64,000 bases of DNA, from assembly GCA_023422005.1 (NCBI GenBank), contig JAEZSC010000076.1, positions 5,282-69,281 of the forward strand, given 5' to 3'. Position numbers and translations under genes: made by a program. Origin of the DNA: Bacillota bacterium. GTDB lineage: Bacteria; Bacillota; Clostridia; Christensenellales; UMGS416. Numbering within the stretch: the first letter of the stretch is position 1; each line of letters opens with the position of its first letter. Shown here one piece after another: positions 11,054 to 18,793 of the stretch. The notes below the pieces were generated by a model, which worked only from the letters and a program-made list of their open reading frames with translations, did not search any database and was not told the origin of the DNA.

Positions 11054-11374
11054 ATGTCAGCGATTCCATTAACCGGCAAGAACTTCCGAGAGGTTGTTTT
11101 ACAATCTGAAAAACCGGTCCTGATCGACTTTTGGGCCACATGGTGCGGCCCCTGCCGTATGCAGAGCCCCATCATCGACGAGCTGGCCAGCGAGGTTGGC
11201 GACACTGCTGTGGTGGCCAAGCTCAACGTGGATGAAAACCCCGAGCTGGCGGCACAGTTCTCCGTCATGAGCATTCCGGCGCTGGTTTTGGTCAGGAACG
11301 GCAAGGTCGTCACGCGCAAGGTGGGCTTCACGCCGAAGGCTGCTCTGATCAGCCTGCTTGCAGCGGCAGCATAG
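11054..11374 (+). CDS. trxA: Thioredoxin
   Basis: The WCGPC active site is present within FWATWCGPCRM. The length of about 106 aa fits. The ORF was trimmed to ATG 11054. Confidence 0.9.
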   Translation: MSAIPLTGKNFREVVLQSEKPVLIDFWATWCGPCRMQSPIIDELASEVGDTAVVAKLNVDENPELAAQFSVMSIPALVLVRNGKVVTRKVGFTPKAALISLLAAAA

Positions 11375-11375
11375 T

Positions 11376-12053
11376 TCAGCCGGCGGAGCGCCGCAGCCGC
11401 TCCGCGTCGAGCAGCTCGATGCGGCCTCGGGAGAGCCGGATCAGGCCGTCGTTCTCCATGTATTTGAGCACGCGGCTGATGACCTCCCGGGCGGTTCCCA
11501 GGTTTCTGGCGATGGTCTCGTGGGTGATGGGCAGGCGGGAAGCGCCTTCCAGGTTGAATTGCTCCAGCAGGAACGAAGCGACCCGCTGCCCCATGTTCCT
11601 GGAAACCATCTGCTCTATGACCCACATGACCTCGGAGAACCGCTCGGCCACCAGATCGGCCATATACTCCTTGAGCAAGGGGTACTTCCCGGAAAGCGTG
11701 CTCAGCAGAGAGGCGGGAATGAAGTACAGCTCGCTGTCCCTTTCCGCCTCCAGCGTAACTTCGAAGGTGATGTTTTTCAGGGCGCAGGATGCTGACAGTA
11801 TGCAGACATCGCCGGGCAGCAACCGATAGAGCGTGATGCTCTTGGCGTCCTCTGTCTCATAAAACGCCCGCAGCTGCCCCGCCTTAACGATGACAAGGCC
11901 ATTGCAATCCTGCTGCCGGTTGAACACCGGCTCGCCTTGCCCAAAGCTCGCCCGCACCATGGCGGCCTCCAGCGTGGCGCTGTCCTGCGCGCTCAGCCGT
12001 TGCAGGAAAGGCAGATAGGTTTTCAGAAACGGACGGTCACGATCCTCAATCAT
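11376..12053 (-). CDS. Crp/Fnr family transcriptional regulator
   Basis: The N-terminus is a cNMP-binding beta-barrel. The C-terminal HTH reads ETIARNLGTAREVISRVLKYMENDGLI. Confidence 0.85.
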   Translation of the reverse strand: MIEDRDRPFLKTYLPFLQRLSAQDSATLEAAMVRASFGQGEPVFNRQQDCNGLVIVKAGQLRAFYETEDAKSITLYRLLPGDVCILSASCALKNITFEVTLEAERDSELYFIPASLLSTLSGKYPLLKEYMADLVAERFSEVMWVIEQMVSRNMGQRVASFLLEQFNLEGASRLPITHETIARNLGTAREVISRVLKYMENDGLIRLSRGRIELLDAERLRRSAG

Positions 12054-12103
12054 ATCCCTGCTCCAAACCCAACGTTAGTTCGATCGATGAAAGGAAATGT
12101 ATC

Positions 12104-12448
12104 ATGTTTAAAACATTGTATGGCGCATCCAAAGCCACTGTTATTTCTCCGCAGGAAGCCAAAAGACGTCTGTCGTCCGGCGACACCGTGGTCCTGCTGG
12201 ACGTCAGAACACCGCAGGAGTACGAGCAAATTCACATCCCCAACAGTATATCATTGCCGCTGGACTGCTTAAAGCAGGAGGTTGCCGACAGGATCCCCGA
12301 CAAAGACACGGAAATCATTGTCTACTGCCTGAGCGGCGCCCGCTCCTCCATGGCGTGCAGCCAGCTCATTTCCATGGGCTATACCAACGTCAGTAACATG
12401 GGCGGCATCCGCTCCTGGCGGTATGAGACCGTACATGGGCGAGGATAA
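12104..12448 (+). CDS. Rhodanese-domain sulfurtransferase
   Basis: The active-site loop is YCLSGARS (CxxGxRS). The size matches a single-domain rhodanese. Confidence 0.85.
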   Translation: MFKTLYGASKATVISPQEAKRRLSSGDTVVLLDVRTPQEYEQIHIPNSISLPLDCLKQEVADRIPDKDTEIIVYCLSGARSSMACSQLISMGYTNVSNMGGIRSWRYETVHGRG

Positions 12449-12481
12449 GCCGGGCTGCGACCCGAACAACAGGAGGTTTTC

Positions 12482-12658
12482 ATGAAAGTAGACAGCAAGC
12501 GTTGCCCGCAGAATCACCGCTGCCCGGCCATCGCCCAATGCCCGGTTGACGCCATTTCGCAGAAAGGCAACGGCCTTCCGGTCATCGATCAGCAGAAATG
12601 CCTCAAGTGCCGGAAGTGCGTGCTGTTCTGCCCGATGCAGGCGATAACTGTTTCGTAG
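12482..12658 (+). CDS. 58-aa 4Fe-4S ferredoxin-like protein, not in the ORF track
   Basis: AGGAGG at 12471..12476 precedes ATG 12482. The translation is MKVDSKRCPQNHRCPAIAQCPVDAISQKGNGLPVIDQQKCLKCRKCVLFCPMQAITVS. It has one canonical CxxCxxCxxxCP motif and one atypical Cx5Cx5CP motif. Confidence 0.6.
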   Translation: MKVDSKRCPQNHRCPAIAQCPVDAISQKGNGLPVIDQQKCLKCRKCVLFCPMQAITVS

Positions 12659-12802
12659 CGAAATTGTTTCTGTGTTATAAAAATGAGGCTGGCCGCCGCT
12701 TCCCGCTCAGGGCGCAGGTGTACGCATAACCCGCCGCGGCCTGGTACATGCGCAGCAGCACAATGATACCGTATGGGCCGTGGCGGGTTGCGGGGAGACC
12801 GG

Positions 12803-13918
12803 TTATTTGCCTCGGTTGTATTCCTCCACGATTTGCGTCACCAGCCGTACGCGCTCGATGTTGCCCCTCGACGGCATCTCGTCGGAGATACCCAGAATCA
12901 GCCTGGGCGCAAAGAGTTCGATGACCCGGTGCACCTGCTCCACCAGCGCTTCCACCGGGAAGGTGTCCTCAAAGAGCACCGCGGCGATGCCGTCCACCAG
13001 GAACACTTCGTCGCCCAGCGCGTCCTTCATCTCCTCCAGCGTCACGTCGCCCTGGGGGATGGGCGTGATGGCCTCTATGCCGTCCAGCCCGCAATGCTTG
13101 GCGTAGGGCAGCAGCGGCTTGCAGTCGCCGTCCCAATGGGAGAAGACGAACTTGCCGGCCCTGTGCAGCCGTTCGCAGCGCTGCTGATAGGCGGGCAGCA
13201 CATATTTCTCAAAAAGCTTGGGCGACAGCGTGCCTCCGTGCAGGTTGTCGCCAAAATTGACCCATTCCAGCGGCGAGGCGTTGATGACATCCATGAGCCG
13301 CAGCGCGTTTTCGTTGAGCGCGGTGAAGTATTTCTCCACGGTTTCCGGATAATCCATCAGCGCGTAGACGCCGGCCTCCACGCCCATCAGGTCGTGGTAC
13401 AGGTTCTGCACGGTGACCCTGGGCCACGTGAACATCACGGGCAGGCCGATGTCGCCCCATTCGGCGTACACCGCGTCATACACCGCCCGGTCGAAGGCCC
13501 AGTCGGTGTGCTCCACGAGCCACATCTGCACCTTCAAGTCGTCCTCGGTCACGACCGGCCATTTCTCAAAGAACCAGCCGGGGTTGGATGTGTTGCCCCG
13601 CATCACCGTGGTCAGCTTGCCTACCGGGGTTTCGATGACGGTCTCCCGCTCCATGGGGGAGATTTCCCGGCTGTAGGTATGCACGCTGCCCGGCAGCACC
13701 TGGCGGAAGCACGCGTTGTACTCGTAGATGCGGTTGGAGCAGCCCAGGTTGCGGTAAATCTGAGCGTCGGACAGGCCATCCAGGCCGCCGGGCAGCGGCT
13801 CACCCAGGAACTTCCTGTCGGCGATCCAACAGAGGATCCTGGGCTGGAAGAGGATCTTCCCGCCCGATGTGCCGCGCAGCACGGCGCGGTTGAGTTCCAG
13901 CAAATTGCTCATATTCAT
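12803..13918 (-). CDS. Uroporphyrinogen-decarboxylase (URO-D/MtaA) family protein
   Basis: The C-terminal TIM-barrel-like region reads FSHWDGDCKPLLPYAKHCGLDGIEAITPIPQGD. It is a tandem neighbour of a clearer URO-D member. The family call is from memory only. Confidence 0.6.
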   Translation of the reverse strand: MNMSNLLELNRAVLRGTSGGKILFQPRILCWIADRKFLGEPLPGGLDGLSDAQIYRNLGCSNRIYEYNACFRQVLPGSVHTYSREISPMERETVIETPVGKLTTVMRGNTSNPGWFFEKWPVVTEDDLKVQMWLVEHTDWAFDRAVYDAVYAEWGDIGLPVMFTWPRVTVQNLYHDLMGVEAGVYALMDYPETVEKYFTALNENALRLMDVINASPLEWVNFGDNLHGGTLSPKLFEKYVLPAYQQRCERLHRAGKFVFSHWDGDCKPLLPYAKHCGLDGIEAITPIPQGDVTLEEMKDALGDEVFLVDGIAAVLFEDTFPVEALVEQVHRVIELFAPRLILGISDEMPSRGNIERVRLVTQIVEEYNRGK

Positions 13919-13941
13919 CGTCCGCCCATTCCGTTTTTGCC

Positions 13942-13970
13942 ATTATAGCATGGGGCGGGAACCGTTGGCT
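13942..13970 (-). promoter_or_regulatory. Candidate internal promoter (extended -10) between the two URO-D genes
   Basis: On the minus strand, TGCTATAAT lies at 13950..13942. A weak -35, TAGCCA, lies about 18 nt upstream. The element is 24 nt upstream of ATG 13918. Confidence 0.35.
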
Positions 13971-14988
13971 ATTCGTGGGCGGCCTCGGCCATGGCCGCCA
14001 GGTTCTCCGGCGGCACGTTGGGCAGCAGCGCCTCATGGCTGGGGCTTACGACATAGTTGGGTCCGAACAGGTCTCGCAGCCTGCGCACCTCGTCCCGCAC
14101 CTGCTGCGGCGTGCCGAAGGGCAGCAGGCGCTGGGTGTCCACGCCGCCGATGAAGACCAGCTTTCCGTTGTATTTGCGGGCAAGATTTTCGGCTTCCATG
14201 TTGCGGGCCAGCGCCTGTATCGGGTGCAGCGCGTCCACGCCGGCGTCGATGAGCTGCGGGATGATGCGGTCGATGGCACCGCAGGAATGCAGCACCACCG
14301 GCAGACCGTGCCGCTTGGCCTGGTCGATCAGCCGTTTAAAATAGGGCAGCACAAAGCGCCCGAACAGCTCCGGCGAGATCAGCATGTCCAGCTGGCTGCC
14401 GAAGTCATTGCCGAAGAAGAAAGCGTCCATATGGGCGGCGGTGCGGCTGAACCACAGCTCGTTGGCCTGCAGGTAGAAATCCACGACGTGTTCTGTGACC
14501 GCCTGCACGACGTCCGGGTCGGTATACATCTTGATGAAGTAATTGTCCATGCCGAAGAAATCGGCCACGTGGTGGAAGAAGGGGCTCCACATGCCCGAGA
14601 GCACGGCGAAGCCCTGGGCCTCGCGCTCCCGCAGCGCGCTCTGCGCCTGGGTGAAGTCCAGGTATTTGACATCCGGCCAGTCGAAGCGCTCCACCTGCGC
14701 CACATCCTCACATTGCGCGAAGACGCCGCCTTGGTTCAGCGAGCGGCGCGTCTGCCCGGCGTCGGTGTCTATCATGGGTTTGCCCTGCGGGTGCTTCCAG
14801 CAGTCCCAAAATTCCGGCATTGCCCACACCAGCGTGTCGCCAAGAGCCTTGGACAGGCCGAAATCGTCCTGCACGCCGAAATGGCTGCAGTACACCGGCA
14901 GGCTGTCGGGATGAGGGTTGCCGTGCCAGAAGCCGCTGCTGGCGCTGCGCCCCTGCAGGATGGAATGGAAGTGCTCTCTTGATGTCAT
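13969..14988 (-). CDS. Uroporphyrinogen-decarboxylase (URO-D/MtaA) family protein
   Basis: The pattern LPVVLHSCGAIDRIIPQLIDAGVDALHPIQ ... FIGGVDTQ matches URO-D family members. A GGGAG SD lies 8 nt before the ATG. Confidence 0.75.
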   Translation of the reverse strand: MTSREHFHSILQGRSASSGFWHGNPHPDSLPVYCSHFGVQDDFGLSKALGDTLVWAMPEFWDCWKHPQGKPMIDTDAGQTRRSLNQGGVFAQCEDVAQVERFDWPDVKYLDFTQAQSALREREAQGFAVLSGMWSPFFHHVADFFGMDNYFIKMYTDPDVVQAVTEHVVDFYLQANELWFSRTAAHMDAFFFGNDFGSQLDMLISPELFGRFVLPYFKRLIDQAKRHGLPVVLHSCGAIDRIIPQLIDAGVDALHPIQALARNMEAENLARKYNGKLVFIGGVDTQRLLPFGTPQQVRDEVRRLRDLFGPNYVVSPSHEALLPNVPPENLAAMAEAAHE

Positions 14989-15020
14989 AAGTGATTCTCC
15001 CTACTTTCCCGGCCGGGTGT

Positions 15021-15908
15021 TCAGCCTTTCACAGAGCCCAGCACCAGTCCGGTTACGAAGTATTTTTGCAGGAAGGGGTACACGGCCAGAATCGGGATCA
15101 TGGACACGAACACCTTGGCCGCGTTGAAGTTCTTGCTGGCCAGATCCCTCATGCGCTGGAGCTCCTCGGGGCTCATGGTGCTGGTGTTGCGGATCTCCAC
15201 AACCAACTGCTGCAGGTAGGACTGCAGCGGCAGGTTCCTCGAGTGGTTCATGTATATTATACCATCAAAGAATGCGTTCCAGTGGCCCACGATGCTGAAA
15301 AGCGTGACCGTGGCGATGGAAGGCACAGCCAGCGGTATGAAGATGCGCACCAGGATCGTCCAGGGGTTGGCGCCGTCGATGCGGGCAGCTTCCTCCAGTT
15401 CGTCGGGCAGGCCCTTGAAGTAGTTCATCAGGATGATCACGTTGAAGATGGGCACCGCTCCGGGCAGCACCAGCGCCCAGATCGTGTCCAGCATCTTTAA
15501 GTTGTTGATGAGCAGATAGCTGGGGATCAGCCCGCCGCCGAACAGCATCGAGAATGCCAGGTACCACATATACACGTTGCGCTGGGGGAACACGCGGGTG
15601 CTCTTGGACAGCGGATAGGCCATCAGGACGGTCAGCACCAGGTTGATGCCGCCGCCCAGCAGTACGCGGTACACCGAGTTGGCGAAGGAGCGGAAGAATT
15701 GCTGATCTTCCAGGATTGCGCGGTAAGCCGCCAGCGTGAAGTTGACCGGCCAGAAGGTGACCATGCCCGCCATGGCGGCGGCCTTGTCGGAAAAGGATAT
15801 GGCGATGGTGTTCACGATGGGCAGCAGGCATACCGCCGTGAGCAAAACCAATATGGCGATGATGACGGCATGAATCGCCTTGGCCGATGCGCTCTTGTTC
15901 TCAATCAT
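15021..15908 (-). CDS. Carbohydrate ABC transporter permease (LplC/YtcP-like)
   Basis: The protein has 6 TM segments and the EAA-loop motif DELEEAARIDGANPWTI. The ORF was trimmed to ATG 15908, which has an AAGGAG SD. Confidence 0.9.
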   Translation of the reverse strand: MIENKSASAKAIHAVIIAILVLLTAVCLLPIVNTIAISFSDKAAAMAGMVTFWPVNFTLAAYRAILEDQQFFRSFANSVYRVLLGGGINLVLTVLMAYPLSKSTRVFPQRNVYMWYLAFSMLFGGGLIPSYLLINNLKMLDTIWALVLPGAVPIFNVIILMNYFKGLPDELEEAARIDGANPWTILVRIFIPLAVPSIATVTLFSIVGHWNAFFDGIIYMNHSRNLPLQSYLQQLVVEIRNTSTMSPEELQRMRDLASKNFNAAKVFVSMIPILAVYPFLQKYFVTGLVLGSVKG

Positions 15909-15918
15909 TGCGGTCTCC

Positions 15919-16857
15919 TTAAAAAATCCGGTATCCGGCAAAGCGGTTCGCCAGATAGTAAGACAGTACGATGAGCACGATGCTGACCATCGACTTGAGC
16001 AGGCCCACCGCTGTGCCCAGGCTGAATTGCATCTCCACCAGGCCCATGCGGTACACGTAGGTGTCGATGATGTCTCCGGTGCGGTAGACCAGCGGATTGT
16101 ACATGTTGAACACCTGGTCGAAGCCAGCGTTTAGCACATGGCCCAGGCTCAGCGTGGTCATCAGCACGATCGTGGGCACAAGGCTGGGAAAGGTCACGTG
16201 CAGCAACTGCTTCCAGCGCCCGGCGCCGTCGATGGACGCGGCCTCATAGAGATTGGGGTCGATGGCGGTCAGCGCGGCCAGATAGATGATGGCGCCATAG
16301 CCGAACTCCTTCCACAGCTCCGTACCGATGAGGATGGGGCGGAACCATTTGTTGCTGGCCATGAACATGATCTTCTCCATACCCAGGCGCTCAAGCGTCG
16401 TGTTGATGATGCCATCCAGCGAGAACATGGAGACGAACATACCGCCCAGTATGACCCAGGACAGGAAGTGCGGCATATAGACAACCGTTTGCACGATCCG
16501 CTTGAAACGCTTGTTGGTTACTTCGTTGAGCAGCAGCGCGAAGATCACCGGCACGACGATGCCCAGCAGGATCTTGCTTATGGCGATGATGACGGTGTTG
16601 GATAGCACCTGCATGCTGTCGGGGATCAGAAACATGTAGGCGAAGTTGGCCAGGCCCACCCATTTAGAGCCCAGTATGCCCTTGGCAGGCACATAGTTCT
16701 GGAAGGCGATGACCAGGCCGAACAGCGGAATGGTGGCAAAGATGAACAGCAGCACCACGCCCGGCAGCATCATGATGTTATAGCTAAGAATATCGAAATT
16801 TTTTCGTGAGGCGGGGCGTTTTTTCCGGGAAGGCTCTACCTTGCTCTTGGCTAACAT
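15919..16857 (-). CDS. Carbohydrate ABC transporter permease (LplB/YteP-like)
   Basis: The EAA loop reads YEAASIDGAGRWKQ, and the protein has 6 TM segments. Confidence 0.9.
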   Translation of the reverse strand: MLAKSKVEPSRKKRPASRKNFDILSYNIMMLPGVVLLFIFATIPLFGLVIAFQNYVPAKGILGSKWVGLANFAYMFLIPDSMQVLSNTVIIAISKILLGIVVPVIFALLLNEVTNKRFKRIVQTVVYMPHFLSWVILGGMFVSMFSLDGIINTTLERLGMEKIMFMASNKWFRPILIGTELWKEFGYGAIIYLAALTAIDPNLYEAASIDGAGRWKQLLHVTFPSLVPTIVLMTTLSLGHVLNAGFDQVFNMYNPLVYRTGDIIDTYVYRMGLVEMQFSLGTAVGLLKSMVSIVLIVLSYYLANRFAGYRIF

Positions 16858-16888
16858 GGGAAGTCCTTTCGGCGGCTTGGGTTGGAAA

Positions 16889-16922
16889 CATCAGATCTGC
16901 CGCCGAAGCGGCAGATCTGATG
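16889..16922 (-). promoter_or_regulatory. Intercistronic 15-bp perfect stem-loop with a UUCG tetraloop (SBP to permease junction)
   Basis: The plus strand reads CATCAGATCTGCCGC-cgaa-GCGGCAGATCTGATG. On the transcribed minus strand the loop is C(UUCG)G. Only a short TTT follows. Confidence 0.5.
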
Positions 16923-16945
16923 CATGCGTGAACAAAAAGTGTGAT

Positions 16946-18646
16946 TTACTTGCCAGCCGTGATTTCGTCCAGGATCTCCTGGCCGCCGGCGGCGTTCCAC
17001 TGGGTCACGAAGGTGTCAAAGGCTTCGATGGGCTTCTCACCCATGATGATCTGCAGGATGGTCTCGGTTTCCATCTTCTTGAGGTTGGACCACTTGGTTT
17101 CCATGGCGGGCGTGGTGCCGAAGAACGCCGTGGTCACGAACTCCACATTGCTGTCGCCGGCGGCCTTTGGGCCCATGGTGCGGGCGATGTCCAGCATGAA
17201 GTTGTTGACGTCCTTCTTGGGGTCTTTGCGATTGGCCATGATCTGCGGAACTTCACCGGCGAACATCTGATACTTCAGCTTGCTGGTGTCGCCGCCGGCG
17301 GCAATGGCGTTCTCGATGTCGGCGACGCCGCGCACGACGATGTCAGGATAGTTGATTTCGATGGCGATGGGCATGTAGCCCCAGCTCAGGCCGGCGTTGT
17401 TCTTCTGCCAGTCGGCGTAGGCGGCCGCGCCGTCGCCGTTGCCGCGCAGCACGTCATAGCTGCCGTTGAGGGCCTTGACGATGGCTTCGGGGTGCTCATA
17501 GCCCTTGCGGACGATCAGGATGGCCTGCAGAGGGTCATTGGTGGGCGTGGTCAGCTTGCCCTGGGCGTTCACAGGGGCGGACAGAGCAATCCATTCGGCC
17601 TCGGGGTGGTTGGTGATGGAGTTGACCACACCGCCGGCCGGCCACCAGACGCTAAAGAACATGCCCAGCTTGCCGGCGGCCAGCAGAGCGTCGCGGTCCT
17701 CGCCCTTGCGGATGGCGAACTCCTTATCCAGAATGCCCTGGCTGTAAGCGTCACGCAGCTTGGCCAGCGCGTCCTTCATCTGGGGCTGCACCGAGCCATA
17801 GGCGACCTTGCCGTCCACGGTGATCCAGGAACCGGGATAGGCGCCGAAGGCGTTGAACATCGTGTCCAGACCGCCCCAGGTGTTGTAGCCCAGGTAAACG
17901 GTGTCGGGGCCGGTCAGGCCCACGGTGGCGCCCTTGCCGTTTTGGCCGGGGTCCTGTTCAATGAAGGCCTTGGCGACGTTCAGTACATCGTCCACGGTCT
18001 TGGGCTCCTGCAGGCCCAGCTTGTCCAGCCAGTCCTTGCGGATCCACAGCACATTGTGGCAGTGGGTAAGGCTGGGGGAGGGAATGCCCATGAGCTTGCC
18101 GTCCACGGTCACTTCCTTGAACAGCGCCTCGCCGTTCACGTCCAGCTGTTCCTTGAGGAACGGGGAGATGCACTTGTCATAGGCTTCTGTCATGTCCGCC
18201 ACCAGGCCGTTGTCCAGCAGTTGCTTGAACACCTTGCGGTTGACGACCATGATGTCGGGGATCTCACCGGCTGCGATGGACAGGGAGACCTTCTGGTCAT
18301 AGTTGGCGGGGTCCACTTCCCACGCCACCTTGGTCTCGATGTTGAACTTTTCCTTGACGTAGTCCACAAAGGGGTTCTTTTCATAGGTGATGTCGTTTTC
18401 GCTGGTCGCCTTGCTGACGCCCTTGGTGAAGGTCACGGTTTCCGCGTAGGGGGTGTAGGGATCCCACACCGCGTCGGCGGCTGCTGTCTGGGATGGCGGC
18501 GCCACGCTCTCCTGCGGAGCGCTGGCTTCCGGGCTCGGGGTCGCTTGGGCAGAGGCCGGTGCCGATGCGGCGGGTGTGCCGGCGCAACCCGTAAGGGCTG
18601 CAACGGTCATCACTGCGATCAACAGGGCCAACCACTTGCTTTTCAT
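16946..18646 (-). CDS. Extracellular solute-binding lipoprotein (LplA-type, family 1 SBP)
   Basis: The signal peptide carries the lipobox LTGC and is followed by a Pro/Ala/Ser linker. A strong SD, AAGGAGGA, is present. Confidence 0.9.
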   Translation of the reverse strand: MKSKWLALLIAVMTVAALTGCAGTPAASAPASAQATPSPEASAPQESVAPPSQTAAADAVWDPYTPYAETVTFTKGVSKATSENDITYEKNPFVDYVKEKFNIETKVAWEVDPANYDQKVSLSIAAGEIPDIMVVNRKVFKQLLDNGLVADMTEAYDKCISPFLKEQLDVNGEALFKEVTVDGKLMGIPSPSLTHCHNVLWIRKDWLDKLGLQEPKTVDDVLNVAKAFIEQDPGQNGKGATVGLTGPDTVYLGYNTWGGLDTMFNAFGAYPGSWITVDGKVAYGSVQPQMKDALAKLRDAYSQGILDKEFAIRKGEDRDALLAAGKLGMFFSVWWPAGGVVNSITNHPEAEWIALSAPVNAQGKLTTPTNDPLQAILIVRKGYEHPEAIVKALNGSYDVLRGNGDGAAAYADWQKNNAGLSWGYMPIAIEINYPDIVVRGVADIENAIAAGGDTSKLKYQMFAGEVPQIMANRKDPKKDVNNFMLDIARTMGPKAAGDSNVEFVTTAFFGTTPAMETKWSNLKKMETETILQIIMGEKPIEAFDTFVTQWNAAGGQEILDEITAGK

Positions 18647-18793
18647 TACAGATCCTCCTTTTTCTTCGTTGCCTTTGCCATTTAAGCAAATTGCATAGTA
18701 AAAGCATATAATCTTAGGCTAATTGTGGAAATAATAAAAAACTCAGAATTGTGACAGTTATTTCATCTCTCTAAACTCATGCTTCTCGCGCTG

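Noticed and set aside
12728-12789. A 14-bp inverted repeat (AACCCGCCGCGGCC ... GGCCGTGGCGGGTT, one mismatch) with a 34-nt loop between convergent genes.
   Set aside because: The loop is long and no U-tract follows on either strand. It is not convincing as a terminator or a known RNA motif, so I note it only.
16841-18685. A 614-aa plus-strand ORF.
   Set aside because: It is antisense to the SBP lipoprotein gene, which has a signal peptide, a lipobox and a strong SD.
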